Origin: Anaeramoeba ignava BMAN | Lineage: Eukaryota; Protista; Anaeramoebae | Assembly (NCBI GenBank): GCA_028826165.1 | Contig: JAPDFW010000064.1 | Coordinates: 248,001 to 312,000 of the forward strand | Direction of reading: 5' to 3' | Length of the DNA stretch: 64,000 bases | Shown here: in pieces, positions 12,733 through 24,721 of the stretch | How the letters are laid out: each line of letters starts with the position of its first letter | How positions within the stretch are numbered: position 1 is the first letter of the stretch | Notes under the pieces: generated by a model | What the model was told of the DNA's origin: nothing | What the model saw: only the letters and a program-made list of their open reading frames with translations | The model's database searches: none | Program-made: the position numbers and the translations under genes

Positions 12733-14532
12733 TTAATTTTGATTATTAAATTTCTTAATTAATAAATCAAATAAATTTGGATTTGTTTGATTTAATTGAA
12801 AATAATCAATTCCAATTTGAATTTCATTAATTATTTCTTGTGTAATTTGAATTTCATCTTTAATTTGATTTGAATAAATCCAATATTCAAATATTTGAAA
12901 TGATTTATTACTTAATTCACTATAATCTGTAACTTTATTTGAAGTATCTTCAGTTACAGATAAAAACATTCCTCGATATAATTCACTTCTCATTATTAAT
13001 ATTAATTTTGGAAATTTATATTGTTTTTCTTTTCTTTCAATTATAAAATCTTTTTCATTTTCATTTTCATTTTCGTTTTCATTTAAATAAATTCTTTTCA
13101 TTGTTTCTTCAATTTTTTCATTTGAATTTATAATTTCTTTAATTTCAGAATATAATATTGGATTTATTTTGGAATTGTTTGAATAAATCATTTCAAATAT
13201 TTGATTTGATTCTTTAATTGATTTTTTTGAAATAATTTCTTTAAGTTTTTCAATTTGATTTTGATTTTGATTTAATCTATATTTCAATATTAATTTATGA
13301 GCTGAAATTATTTCTCCATTTTTGGTTTTAAATGAAATATCACAAAATTCTTTTCTTCCAAATAATTTTATCAAATCTTCTTCAAGATTGGAAAAAGAAG
13401 GAGAATAATAAATAAATGATCTAAAAGCACCACAAAGAACATGATAATTAGAAATATCTTCATTAAATCTTAATTTAGGAAGTTCAATTTGAATTGGAAT
13501 TGATTGATAATAGTCTATATCTTCAGTTCCTAATTGGCCATAATAATTACTTCCAAATCCAATCAATTTTGAATTGGAAGTTAAAATCAAAGTATGATCA
13601 TATCCAACAGAAAAATCAAGAATATTATCATCATTTTCAAATAAAGATGATTTGATTTCAGTAAATTTATCAGTATTTTCATTTTTGCCAAGTCCATTAT
13701 ATTTATAATATCCACATGAATAAAGTTTTCTTTTTGGATTTTGATTTTCATTTTCAATCAACATTATTGAATGAGCAAGTCCAGATTGAATATCAATTAT
13801 TTTGCCTTTTGGAATATTTTGGATTTTGATTAATTTTTGGATTTTTGTTTCTTCTTTTCTTGTTGATTCTTCTAATCCAACTTGATCAACTTCATTATAT
13901 TCGCATCCAAATAATTCTTGATTTGAATTTAAAAGAAAAACATGTTTTGAAGTATTTTCTGAAAATATTTTAGAAACATTTTTCATTATTAAAATTGGTT
14001 TTTCTGTATATTCGAGTGTTTGAGAATCAAAATCAAGTTGAGCAGAATATTTACCATCAAATCCATAAACATTTTGATTTGAAGTTAATAAGTAAATTGA
14101 ATAGTGTCCAGAAACAATATCTTGAATTATTCTATCATTTGTATCTTCAATTAATGATGAAATATTGATAAATTCTTTTGGATTTTCTGAATTAACATTT
14201 CTTGATTTGGTAAATACATTTCCTTCTTTTGTTAAAATAGCTTCATTTCGCCAATAAACAGTTACTTTTTGAATATTTTCTTCAATTTGGATTTTTTCAG
14301 GATTTGGACTTGAATGTCTTGTATATAAATATTCTATTGCTTTTCCATTTTCAAAAAGGAAAATTGTTGAAAAATAACATGATGCAATTTGTTTAATTTG
14401 TTTTTCATTTTCATTTTCATTTTCATTTTCAAATTTAAATTGAAATTGAATTGGTTTTTTTATTTTAACTGTTGGTCTATTTTGGATAAGCTTTGGATTT
14501 ATATTGAAACCAAAATATAAAATTTCATTCAT
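12733..14532 (-). CDS. RCC1-repeat + tandem BTB protein, copy A (intronless)
   Basis: RCC1 blades (SVGYDHTLILT, GSNYYGQLG); BTB motifs FCDISF..AHKLIL and KDFII..KLILIMRSELYRGMF. Confidence 0.9.
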   Translation of the reverse strand: MNEILYFGFNINPKLIQNRPTVKIKKPIQFQFKFENENENENEKQIKQIASCYFSTIFLFENGKAIEYLYTRHSSPNPEKIQIEENIQKVTVYWRNEAILTKEGNVFTKSRNVNSENPKEFINISSLIEDTNDRIIQDIVSGHYSIYLLTSNQNVYGFDGKYSAQLDFDSQTLEYTEKPILIMKNVSKIFSENTSKHVFLLNSNQELFGCEYNEVDQVGLEESTRKEETKIQKLIKIQNIPKGKIIDIQSGLAHSIMLIENENQNPKRKLYSCGYYKYNGLGKNENTDKFTEIKSSLFENDDNILDFSVGYDHTLILTSNSKLIGFGSNYYGQLGTEDIDYYQSIPIQIELPKLRFNEDISNYHVLCGAFRSFIYYSPSFSNLEEDLIKLFGRKEFCDISFKTKNGEIISAHKLILKYRLNQNQNQIEKLKEIISKKSIKESNQIFEMIYSNNSKINPILYSEIKEIINSNEKIEETMKRIYLNENENENENEKDFIIERKEKQYKFPKLILIMRSELYRGMFLSVTEDTSNKVTDYSELSNKSFQIFEYWIYSNQIKDEIQITQEIINEIQIGIDYFQLNQTNPNLFDLLIKKFNNQN

Positions 14533-14625
14533 TTTTGAAATGAAAAAATGAAAAAATGAAAATTTTGTTTTTTAATTTTGATTTTAATTTTAATTTTGAT
14601 TTTAATTTTAATTTTAATTTTAATT

Positions 14626-14950
14626 TTAATTTTGATTATTAATTTTTTTAATTAATAAATCAAATAAATTTGGATTTGTCTGATTTAATTGAAAATAATC
14701 AATTCCAACTTGAATTTCATCAATTATTTCTTTTGTAATTTTAATTCCTTCTTTAATTTGATTTGAATAAACCCAATATTCAAATATTTGGAATGATTTA
14801 TTACTTAATTCACTATAATCTGTAACTTTATTAGAAGTATCATTTGTTACAGATAAAAACATTCCTCGATATAATTCACTTCTCATTATTAATATTAATT
14901 TAGGAAATTTATATTGTTTTTCTTTTCTTTCAATTATAAAATCTTTTCAT
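14626..14950 (-). pseudogene. 5'-truncated RCC1-BTB paralog (last BTB only)
   Basis: Homology to the RCC1-BTB 3' end stops abruptly at ~14950, where a satellite begins. Confidence 0.85.
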
Positions 14951-15668
14951 TAATTTATTTCAAAAATAGAATAAAGAATATTAAATAATTAAATTTAAAA
15001 TTAATTCTATTTTATATATTTTATTAATATTTCTTTATTTAAATTAATATAAAATTATTCCCAATGATTTAATAAAATTAATAAAATATTTTAATTAATT
15101 TATTTCAAAAATGAAATAAAGAATATTAAATAATTAAATTTAAAATTAATTCTTTTTTATATATTTTATTAATATTTCTTTATTTAAAATAATATAAAAT
15201 TATTCCCAATAATTTAATAAAATTAATAAAATATTTTTAATTAATTTATTTCAAAAATGGAATAAAGAATATTAAATAACTAAATTTAAAAATTAATTAT
15301 ATTTTATATATTTCATTAACATTTATTTATTTAAAATAATATAAAAATATTCCCAACAATTTAATAAAATTGATAAAATATTTTTAATTAATTTATTTCA
15401 AAAATAGAATAAAAGAATATTAAATAATTAAATTTAAAATTAATTATATTTTATATATTTTATTAATATTTCTTTTATTTAAAATAATATAAAATTATTC
15501 CCAATAATTTAATAAAATTAATAAAATATTTTTAATTAATTTATTTCAAAAATGGAATAAAAGAATATTAAATAATTAAATTTAAAATTAATTCTATTTT
15601 ATATTTTTTATTAATATTTCTTTATTTAAAATAATATAAAATTATTCCCAATAATTTAATAAAATTGA
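14951..15668. repeat. Satellite, ~5 units of 145-148 bp
   Basis: TAATTTATTTCAAAAAT recurs at 14951, 15096, 15242, 15389 and 15537. Confidence 0.9.
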
Positions 15669-15679
15669 GAAGAAAATTG

Positions 15680-16190
15680 AAATATTTTAATAAAGATATT
15701 TATTTAATTTTAATAATATTTAATAATAATTTAATTTAGATTTATTTTTATTTTAATTTTATATAATATTTTTATTTATTATATTAATATTTTTAATTAT
15801 TTATTATTCCAATTTTAATCCATAATAAAATATATTAAAAAGTGGAATAAATATTTTAATAAATATATATATTTAATTTTAATAATAATTAATAATAATT
15901 TAATTTAGATTTATTTTATTTTAATTTAATATAATATTTTTATTTATTATATTAATATTTTTAATTATTTATTATTTTAATTTTAATTATAATAAAATAT
16001 ATTAAAAAAAGTGGAATAAATATTTTAATAAATATATATATTTAATTTTAATAATATTTAATAATAATTTAATTTAAAATTATTTTATTTTAATTTTATA
16101 TAATATTTTTATTTATTATATTAATATTTTTGATTATTTATTATTTCAATTTTAATTATAATAAAATATATTAAAAATAAAATTAAAAAA
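15680..16190. repeat. Satellite, ~3 units of ~170 bp
   Basis: AATATTTTAATAAA recurs at ~15681, ~15850 and ~16019. Confidence 0.85.
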
Positions 16191-16650
16191 TTAAAAAATT
16201 TTAAATAAATTGAATTTAACATGATTGAATAAGATAAACTTTCTAAAAAAAATAATTTACTAATTATTCTATTTTTGATTTTGATTATAATTTATTAATA
16301 TTTAAATATTAATTAATAATAAATTTTATTTGATTTTTTTTATTTTATTATTTTAATTAATGAATTTAAATTTAATTATTATTAATTTCTATTTTCAATT
16401 TTTATTTTTATTTATTATATTAAAAATATTCAATTTTTTAAAATTTATTATTTTTTTTTTTGGATTATTTTTTATTAATTAAATTTTTAATAAATATTTT
16501 AAATTAAAATTAAATTATTTAAAATTAAATTTGTTTCTTATTTATTATTTTAAAGAAATTAATTTGATTAAAAGTAAATTAAAATTGAATTAAATTTTGA
16601 AAAAAAAAATTAAAAAAAAAAAGTTTGATTTTCTTATTATTAATTAATTT

Positions 16651-18348
16651 TTAAATAAAATAAGATTCAACTTCATCAACAACCCATGATTTATAAGAAC
16701 CAGCTAAATAACTTTTAGCTTCATTTGATTGATAAGTAATTCCATTAGGTAGATTATAACTAAGACCAAAATTTGAACCACCAGGTTGTAAATTAGAAGA
16801 TAAAATAAAATCAATTCCACCAAACCATGGACCACAAATTAAATTAGAACGAATTGCATATTGAGGTTGTTTAATTGTAAACTTTGCAGGTATTCTATCC
16901 CCTTTATCATTTCTTAATGAAAAAATAAATGCATTTGAATCATTAATGTATCCTGTATTTCCATTAAATCCAACTTGAGTAAAACCTCCAAAAATAAAAT
17001 TATCTTTTGTTTTGATAATAACTAATGTTTTTCCTTTCCCATCAACTGCTTTATGCCAATTTTGACAAGAAAATCCATCTCTTTTTGCTGAAAATCCTTT
17101 TTTCATTTTAGAAAAAAAATCATTATCATTTATCCATTCTTTTAATTTCTTAACATATTCTTCTTCTGTAATAATTCTTGTTTCTGAAAATTGAGGAAAA
17201 TTCTTTTTGATTTCTTGCATTTTCTTTTCATATTCATCAAAAATAGGTTTCATATCTTCAATTTCTTTCTTCCATTTATCTTCAATTTCCTTCTCTTTGT
17301 TTTCAATTTCTTTCTCTTTTTTTTCAATTTCTTTTTTCAAATCTTGATTCTCTTTTTGATTCTTTTCAATTTCTTGTTTTTGTTTTTGAGTTTCAGATTG
17401 AAATGATTTGATTCTTTTATCTCTTCTTTTAATTTTCTTATCTTTTTCTTTAATTTTCTTTTCTTTTTCTTTGATTTTTGTTTGATTTTCTTGTTCTTGA
17501 ATTTGAAAAATAGTTCTTTCAAAATGAATTAAAAAAGAATTTGGAAGAAAAAAATCAAATTGTTTTAATTTATCAAAATCTTGTTTTGAAATTGAATCTT
17601 TATCAAATAATGAAAAAAAAGAATGAAATAATCTTTTCTTTGAATTCATTTTGTGTTTATATTTCTTTAATTTTAATGATTTAATTCTTTTTTCAATCCA
17701 ATTATTTAAAAATTGAAAAAAATCAAATTGAAAAATTTCTTTTTTTTCTTGTTTAAATTGAATAAATTTGATAATTTCTTCTTTAGTTAAATTGAATAAA
17801 TTCTCATTATTCTGAATTTGGGAAAAATTTTGATTTATTAATTCAAAACATTTTATTTCAATTTCATTTGAATTTAAATTTCGATTTTGGAATAAAAATT
17901 GGAAAAAATTTGAATAATTAATTGAATTTAAAATTTTTTTTTGAATAATTTCTTTCAATAAATTTAATTTAAAATAAATTGAAATTTCCAATAATTGAAT
18001 AAGATTTTCTTGATTCTCAAAAGAAATATTTCCATAATAAATATAACTCAAAATTGATTCCATTTCTTTTTTATTAAATTGATTTAGAAAAATCTTATTA
18101 AGATGATTTTGTCCTTTTAAAAACTCATTAAAAAAAGGAGATCTTGAAGATAAAATCGATTTATGAACTTTAATTTCAAAAGGATTTGATTTATTCTCAA
18201 CAAAAATTGAAAAATCATTAAATGAATTTCCATTTAAAAGGTTTGAATAATTTTTAATTAAATTTTTTGTTACTTTTTTTTCTAAATTTTTCATTTCATT
18301 TTCATTTTGATTTGCATTTTCAATTTGGTTATTATTATTATTATCCAT
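16651..18348 (-). CDS. BTB + coiled-coil + TLDc domain protein (intronless)
   Basis: BTB: DFSIFVE..KVHKSILSSRSPFF. K/E-rich coiled coil. TLDc: SAKRDGFS..WHKAVDGKGKTLVIIKTKDNFIFGGFT..AFIFSL..GPWFGG..EVESY. Confidence 0.92.
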   Translation of the reverse strand: MDNNNNNQIENANQNENEMKNLEKKVTKNLIKNYSNLLNGNSFNDFSIFVENKSNPFEIKVHKSILSSRSPFFNEFLKGQNHLNKIFLNQFNKKEMESILSYIYYGNISFENQENLIQLLEISIYFKLNLLKEIIQKKILNSINYSNFFQFLFQNRNLNSNEIEIKCFELINQNFSQIQNNENLFNLTKEEIIKFIQFKQEKKEIFQFDFFQFLNNWIEKRIKSLKLKKYKHKMNSKKRLFHSFFSLFDKDSISKQDFDKLKQFDFFLPNSFLIHFERTIFQIQEQENQTKIKEKEKKIKEKDKKIKRRDKRIKSFQSETQKQKQEIEKNQKENQDLKKEIEKKEKEIENKEKEIEDKWKKEIEDMKPIFDEYEKKMQEIKKNFPQFSETRIITEEEYVKKLKEWINDNDFFSKMKKGFSAKRDGFSCQNWHKAVDGKGKTLVIIKTKDNFIFGGFTQVGFNGNTGYINDSNAFIFSLRNDKGDRIPAKFTIKQPQYAIRSNLICGPWFGGIDFILSSNLQPGGSNFGLSYNLPNGITYQSNEAKSYLAGSYKSWVVDEVESYFI

Positions 18349-18739
18349 TTTGTGTTTTTTGTTTTTTGTTGTTTTTGTGTTTTGTGTTTTTTGTTTTAAA
18401 AAAAAAAGGAAAAAAAATGAATAAAAAAAAAATGAATAAAAAAAGTGGATTTTGAAAATAAATAAAAATATAAAAAATAAGAATAAATTTAAATTAATAA
18501 TTAATTTAATTTTCTTTTTTATTATTTTAAATTAATTTATTAATAAATTATTATTATTTTTTATTAATTTTTTTTATTAAAAAAAAGGAAAATTATTTTA
18601 ATTTAATTTTTAATTTAATTTTTTTTTTTGGAATTTAAAAATTATTAATAAATTTAAATTTAAAAACAAATTTCTAAATTAATATTAATTCAATTTAATT
18701 CAAAAAGATAAAATTTTAATTTCAAAAAAATCAATTTTC

Positions 18740-20024
18740 AAAATATTTTTAAATAATAAAATATTTAAATCTAAAACATTAAATTATTATTTTAATAATA
18801 AAATTAAATATTAAATTATATTTTTAAATTAATTTATAAATTAAATATTAAATTAAATCTATTCTTATTTTTTATATTTATATGTTAAATTTTTAAATAA
18901 TAAAATATTTAAATCTAAAACAATAAATTAATATTTTAATAATAAAATTAAATATTAAATTATATTTTTAAATTAATTTATAAATTAAATATTAAATTAA
19001 ATCTATTTCTCATTTTTATATTTATATGTTAAATATTTTTAAATAATAAAATATTTAAATCTAAAACAATAAATTATTATTTTAAACATAAAATTAAATA
19101 ATAAATTATATTTTTAAATTAATTTATAAATTAAATATTAAATTAAATCTATTCCCATTTTTTATATTTATATGTTAAATATTTAAATAATAAAATATTT
19201 AAATCTAAAACAATAAATTATTATTTTAATAATAAAACTAAATAATAAATTATATTTTTAAATTAATTTATAAATTAAATATTAAATTAAATCTATTCTT
19301 ATTTTTTATATTTATATTTTAAATATTTTAAATAATAAAATATTTAAATCTAAAACAATAAATTATTATTTTAATAATAAAATTAAATATTAAATTATAT
19401 TTTCAAATTAATTTATAAATTAAATATTAAATTAAATCTATTCTCATTTTTATATTTATATGTTAAATATTTAAATAATAAAATATTTAAATCTAAAACA
19501 TTAAATTATTATTTTAAACATAAAATTAAATATTAAATTATATTTTTAAATTAATTTATAAATTAAATATTAAATTAAATCTATTTTTATTTTTATATTT
19601 ATATGTTAAATATTTAATTAATAAAATATTTAAATCTAAAACATTAAATTATTATTTTAATAATAAAATTAAATATTAAATTATATTTTTAAATTGATTT
19701 ATAAATTAAATATTAAATTAAATATATTTTCATTTTTTATATTTTTATGTTAAATATTTTAATAATAAAATATTTAAATATAAAACAATAAATTAATATT
19801 TTAATAATAAAATTAAATATTAAATTATATTTTTAAATTGATTTATAAATTAAATATTAAATTAAATCTATTTTCCATTTTTTATATTTTTATGTTAAAT
19901 ATTTAAATAATAAAATATTTAAATCTAAAACATTAAATTATTATTTTAAACATAAAATTAAATATTAAATTATAATTTTAAATTAATTTATAAATTAAAT
20001 ATTAAATTAAATCTGTTCTCATTC
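18740..20024. repeat. Satellite, ~9 units of 143-146 bp
   Basis: AAATAATAAAATATTTAAATCTAAAAC recurs at 18751, 18895, 19041, 19185, 19330, 19473 and onward. Confidence 0.92.
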
Positions 20025-20025
20025 T

Positions 20026-21783
20026 TTATTGATTTTGATTATTAATTTTGTTAATTAATAAATCAAATAAATTTGGATTTGTTTGATTTAATTGAAAATA
20101 ATCAATTCCAATTTGAATTTCATTAATTATTTGTTGTGTAATTTGAATTTCATCTTTAATTTGATTTGAATAAATCCAATATTCTAATATTCGAAATGAT
20201 TTATTACTTAATTCGCTATAATCTCTAACTTTATTAGAAGTATCATTTGTTACAGATAAAAACATTCCTCGATATAATTCACTTCTCATTATTAATATTA
20301 ATTTTGGAAATTTATATTGTTTTTCTTTTCTTTCAATTATAAAATCTTTTTCATTTTCATTTTCATTTAAATAAATTCTTTTCATTGTTTCTTCTATTTT
20401 TTCATTTGAATTTATAATTTCTTTAATTTCAGAATATAATTTTGGATTTATTATTCTGTTTGAATAAATCATTTCAAATATTTGATTTGATTCTTTAATT
20501 GATTTTTTTGAAATAATTTCTTGAAGTTTTTCAATTTGATTTTGATTTTGATTTAATCTATATTTCAGTATTAATTTATGAGCTTCAATTATTTCTCCAT
20601 TTTCGGTTTTAAATGAAATATCACAAAATTCTTTTCTTTGAAATAATTTTATCAAATCTTCTTCAAGATTGGAAAAAGAAGGAGGATAATAAATAAATGA
20701 TCTGAAAGCACCACAAGAAATATGATAATTAGAAATATTTTCATTAAATCTTAATTCAGGAAGTTCAATTTGAATTGGAATTGATTGATTATATTCTATA
20801 TCTTCAGTTCCTAATTGACCATAATAATTACTTCCAAATGCAATTAATTTTGAATTGGAAGTTAAAATCAAAGTATGATCATATCCAACAGAAAAATCAA
20901 GAATAATATCATTTTCAAATAAAGATAATTTGATTTCAGTAAATTTATCAGTAAATTCATTTTTGCCAAGTCCATTATATTCATAATATCCACATGAATA
21001 AACTTTTCTTTTTGGATTTTGATTTTCATTTTCGATCAACATTATTGAATGAGAATATCCAGATTGAATATCAATTATTTTACCTTTTGGAATATTTTGG
21101 ATTTGGGTTAATTTATGAATTTTTGTTTCTTTTCTTGATTCTCCTAATCCAACTTGACTATAATTATTATATTCACATCCAAATAATTCTTGATTTGAAT
21201 TTAAAAGAAAAACAAATTCTGAATTATTTCCTGAAAATATTTTAGAAACATTTTTCATCATTAAAATTGGTTTTTGTGTTTTTTTAAGTGTTTCAGAATC
21301 AAAACCAAGTTGACCAAAATGATTTGAACCAATTCCATAAGCGTTTCGATTTGAAGTTAATAAATAAATTGTTTCATATCCAGAAACAATATCTTGAATT
21401 ACTCTATCATTTGTATCTTCAATTAATGATGAAATATTGATAAATTCATTTGGATTTTTTGGATTAATATCTTTTCCTTTGGCAAATACATTTCCTTCTT
21501 TTGTTAAAATAGCTTCATTTTGCCAACCAACAGTTACTTTTTGAATATTTTCTTCAATTTGGATTTTTGAAGGATTTTGATTTGAATCATTTTCACTTAA
21601 ATATTCTATTGCTTTTCCATTTTCAAAAAGGAAAATTGTTGAAAAATAACCTGATGAAATTTGTTTAATTTGTTTTTCATTTTCATTTTCAAATTTAAAT
21701 TGAATTGGTTTTTTTATTTTCATTGGTTCATTTTTGAAAAGTTTTGGATTTATATTGAAACCAAAATATAAAATTTCATTCAT
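20026..21783 (-). CDS. RCC1-repeat + tandem BTB protein, copy B
   Basis: 585-aa intronless paralog of copy A. Confidence 0.9.
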   Translation of the reverse strand: MNEILYFGFNINPKLFKNEPMKIKKPIQFKFENENEKQIKQISSGYFSTIFLFENGKAIEYLSENDSNQNPSKIQIEENIQKVTVGWQNEAILTKEGNVFAKGKDINPKNPNEFINISSLIEDTNDRVIQDIVSGYETIYLLTSNRNAYGIGSNHFGQLGFDSETLKKTQKPILMMKNVSKIFSGNNSEFVFLLNSNQELFGCEYNNYSQVGLGESRKETKIHKLTQIQNIPKGKIIDIQSGYSHSIMLIENENQNPKRKVYSCGYYEYNGLGKNEFTDKFTEIKLSLFENDIILDFSVGYDHTLILTSNSKLIAFGSNYYGQLGTEDIEYNQSIPIQIELPELRFNENISNYHISCGAFRSFIYYPPSFSNLEEDLIKLFQRKEFCDISFKTENGEIIEAHKLILKYRLNQNQNQIEKLQEIISKKSIKESNQIFEMIYSNRIINPKLYSEIKEIINSNEKIEETMKRIYLNENENEKDFIIERKEKQYKFPKLILIMRSELYRGMFLSVTNDTSNKVRDYSELSNKSFRILEYWIYSNQIKDEIQITQQIINEIQIGIDYFQLNQTNPNLFDLLINKINNQNQ

Positions 21784-21817
21784 TTTTGAAAAGAAAAAAA
21801 TGAAAAAAAAAAATTAT

Positions 21818-23781
21818 TTATTTATTCACTTGATAAAAAGATTTCAAATATTTCAGATCTTGATTCAATTTTTCATCTATTATTGTTGTTTCATCAAATT
21901 CATCATGATAAAGAAAGTAAATAAAATTTTTAAAAGTTTCAAAAGATTTTCCTGAATAATCATGAACTTGATTTGATGTATCTTGAACTTTTAAAAACAT
22001 ATTTTTGAATAACCCACTTCTTATAATTAATATTAATTTATGAACTTGAATTTGTTTATTTTCACAAATTATTTTGAAATCTTTTGTTGAGTTGTCTTCA
22101 TATAATTTTGTGAAATCTTGCAATATTCCTTTTCGTTTTGATTTTGATTCAATCCAATCTGAATCAAGAGAAATTTCTTTAAAAAAATCTTGAATAAGAG
22201 CAATTTTTTGTTCTTCTTTTTCAAAAAGTGTTTCAACTTCTTGTATTTTTTCCGTTTTTGAAACTTCAGATTCTAAATCAGGTAATGTTTCCAAAATTTG
22301 GGTTAAAATATCAAAATTAGGGAAACCAGTATAAAGAAAATTCAGAGCAAGTTGGACATTTTCTTTTGGTTTTTCAGAACAGATTTTGACAAATGATTCC
22401 AAAAGGGATTCATCGTTATTCAATCTTGTTAATAAAATTAATTTATGGACTGGAAATTTACAACCATCAAGAGATTCAATTTGTAAATCTGAAAAATTAT
22501 CATTTAATTTAAATAAGTTATTTAAATCTTGGTTGATTGAGTAATTCCGAAAAAATGAATTAACAACTTCTTTTGGGATTTTCGAGTTTTTCAAATCAAA
22601 AATATTTGCATTATTTTCAATCATCAAATTGATCAATTTTGGATCGTTTTCTTGCTTGATAAATTGGTTTTTGATTTTTTTGATTTTTTGAACCTTTTTC
22701 GATCAAATCAATAATAAAATCAATTGAGTTTTGCTCTTTCTGTGGATCACAAACAAAATTAAATGAACTTTTGCCATCTTTATTTTTGGCATTGATATCT
22801 GCTCCTTTTGCAATCAGAAATTTGGCAATTTCGAAAGAATACTCATTTTGGAATTGAGTTATCAAATGAAGAGGTGTTTTTCCGAATTTAGTTTTGGCAT
22901 TGATATCTGCTCCATTTGCAATTAGAAATTTGACAAATTCAAGTGTTCTTTGATTTTGATTGTGACAAACAAAATGTAAAGGAGTTTTATCGTCTTTGTT
23001 TTTGGCATTGATATCTGCTCCTTTTTTTATTAAATATTGGATGATTTTTAATGAATCACCTTTGTGAAGTTGACAAGCAAAGTGCAATGGTGTATCATTG
23101 TTTTTTGTTTTGGCATTGATATCTGCTCCTTTTTCAATTAGAAATTTGATAACTTGAGTTGTTTTTTTGTAATTGCATTTACAAGCAACATGCAAAGGAG
23201 TTTCTTTTTTTTCTTGTCTATCTGTTTTAGTTTGGGCATTGATTTCTGCTTTATTTTCGATAAAATATTCGATTAACTTCAAAGTGTTTGGGTGTTGAAA
23301 TTCACAAAGTAAATGCAATGGAGTTTCGTTGTATTTGTTTTTGGCATTGATGTTTGCCTTCTTTTCAATCATATACTTAACGATTTGAAATTGATTCTCA
23401 TCTTTTTGAAATTCACAAACTAAATGTAATGGAGCTTGTTCCTCTTTATTTTGTGGCATTGATATCTAATCCTTTTTGAATAAGATATTCCATAATATTC
23501 AGTAAATTTGGTTGTTTTTGAAATTGACAAGCAATATGTAAAGCAGTTTCTCTCATTTGGTTTTTATCGTTGACTTTTATTCCTTCTTGGGTTAAGTATT
23601 TGACAATTTCGAAAGATTCATCGTGATTTTGAAATTGACAAACAATATGTAAAGCATTTTCTCTCATTTTATTTTTAGTATTAATATTCCAACCATCTCT
23701 TATTAGTCTTTTGATACTTTGAAATGCTTGGGTTTTTTGTTGACAAGCTTTTAATAAAAGATTTTGATTTAAAAATTGCAT
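21818..23781 (-). CDS. Ankyrin-repeat + tandem BTB protein, split by two +1 frameshifts (pseudogene or sequence error)
   Basis: Three overlapping ORFs with ~10 ankyrin repeats (GADINAKNK..TPLH), then BTBs (FSDLQI..VHKLIL; KDFKII..VHKLILIIRS). Shifts fall in A-runs at ~23452 and ~22685. Confidence 0.85.
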
Positions 23782-24027
23782 TTTGTTTTTTTAAAAAATT
23801 AAAAGAAAAAAAGGAAAAATGAAAAAAAATCCTTTTTTTTTTTTCTTTTTTTATTTAGAAAAAAAGTGGACATGATCAATTTTTTTATTTTTATTTTTTT
23901 TATTTTTATTATTTTTAATTAATCCTTAAAAGAAGACATTTTTAATTTAAAGAGAAAAAATTAATTTTTCACATTTTTTTCATTTTTTCATTTATTTTTA
24001 AAAAATAAAAAATAAAAGAAAAGAAAA

Positions 24028-24721
24028 ATGGAAAATAAAACTAAACGTGCTTTTATTATTGTTGATGTTCAAAATGATGGAATTCAAGAAGGACCACTTG
24101 TAAATTTTATTTAATCCAATTTTATTAAAATTAAAATTAAAAATTAAAAATTAAAATTAAAAGACTGTTCCAAAAGGAAGTGGAGTTGTTCCTGTTATCA
24201 ATTCTATTAGAAAGAAAAACAAATTTGATTTAATTGTGTTAACCCAAGATTGGCATCCTTCAAATCACTCCTCATTTGCAATAAACAATAATGCTGAACT
24301 TTTTTCAGTTAAAGAATTAGAAACAGGACCTCAAATTATGTGGCCAGTTCATTGTGTTCAAAATACTGAAGGATCTCAATTTGTTTCTGATTTGATTCGA
24401 GAAGAAAGTGATATTATTATTCAAAAAGGAACAAATCCAAAAGTTGATAGTTATTCAGCATTTTGGAATAATAACAAAAGTGAAAAAACTGATCTCGAAG
24501 ATATTCTTAATCAAAATAATATTACTGATGTTTATGTTTGTGGTCTTGCTTATGATTATTGTGTTTCTTTTACTGCTGTTGGTAGTGTTGAATGTGGTTT
24601 TAAGACTTTCTTTATTGAAGATGCTACAGAAGGTCTTGAAGAAGAAACTATTCTCAAAGCAAAAGAAAAAATGGAAAAAATTGGAGTTATTTTTGTCAAA
24701 TCAATTGATTTGGATTTCTAA
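24028..24721 (+). CDS. PNC1: Nicotinamidase paralog, copy b (intron 24100-24163)
   Basis: Same exon structure, intron start and promoter as copy a; triad retained; QNDF changed to QNDG. Confidence 0.9.

Noticed and set aside
14626-14950. Truncated RCC1-BTB piece as a target-site duplication of copy B
   Set aside because: It differs from copy B's 3' end at many codons, so it is a separate paralog.
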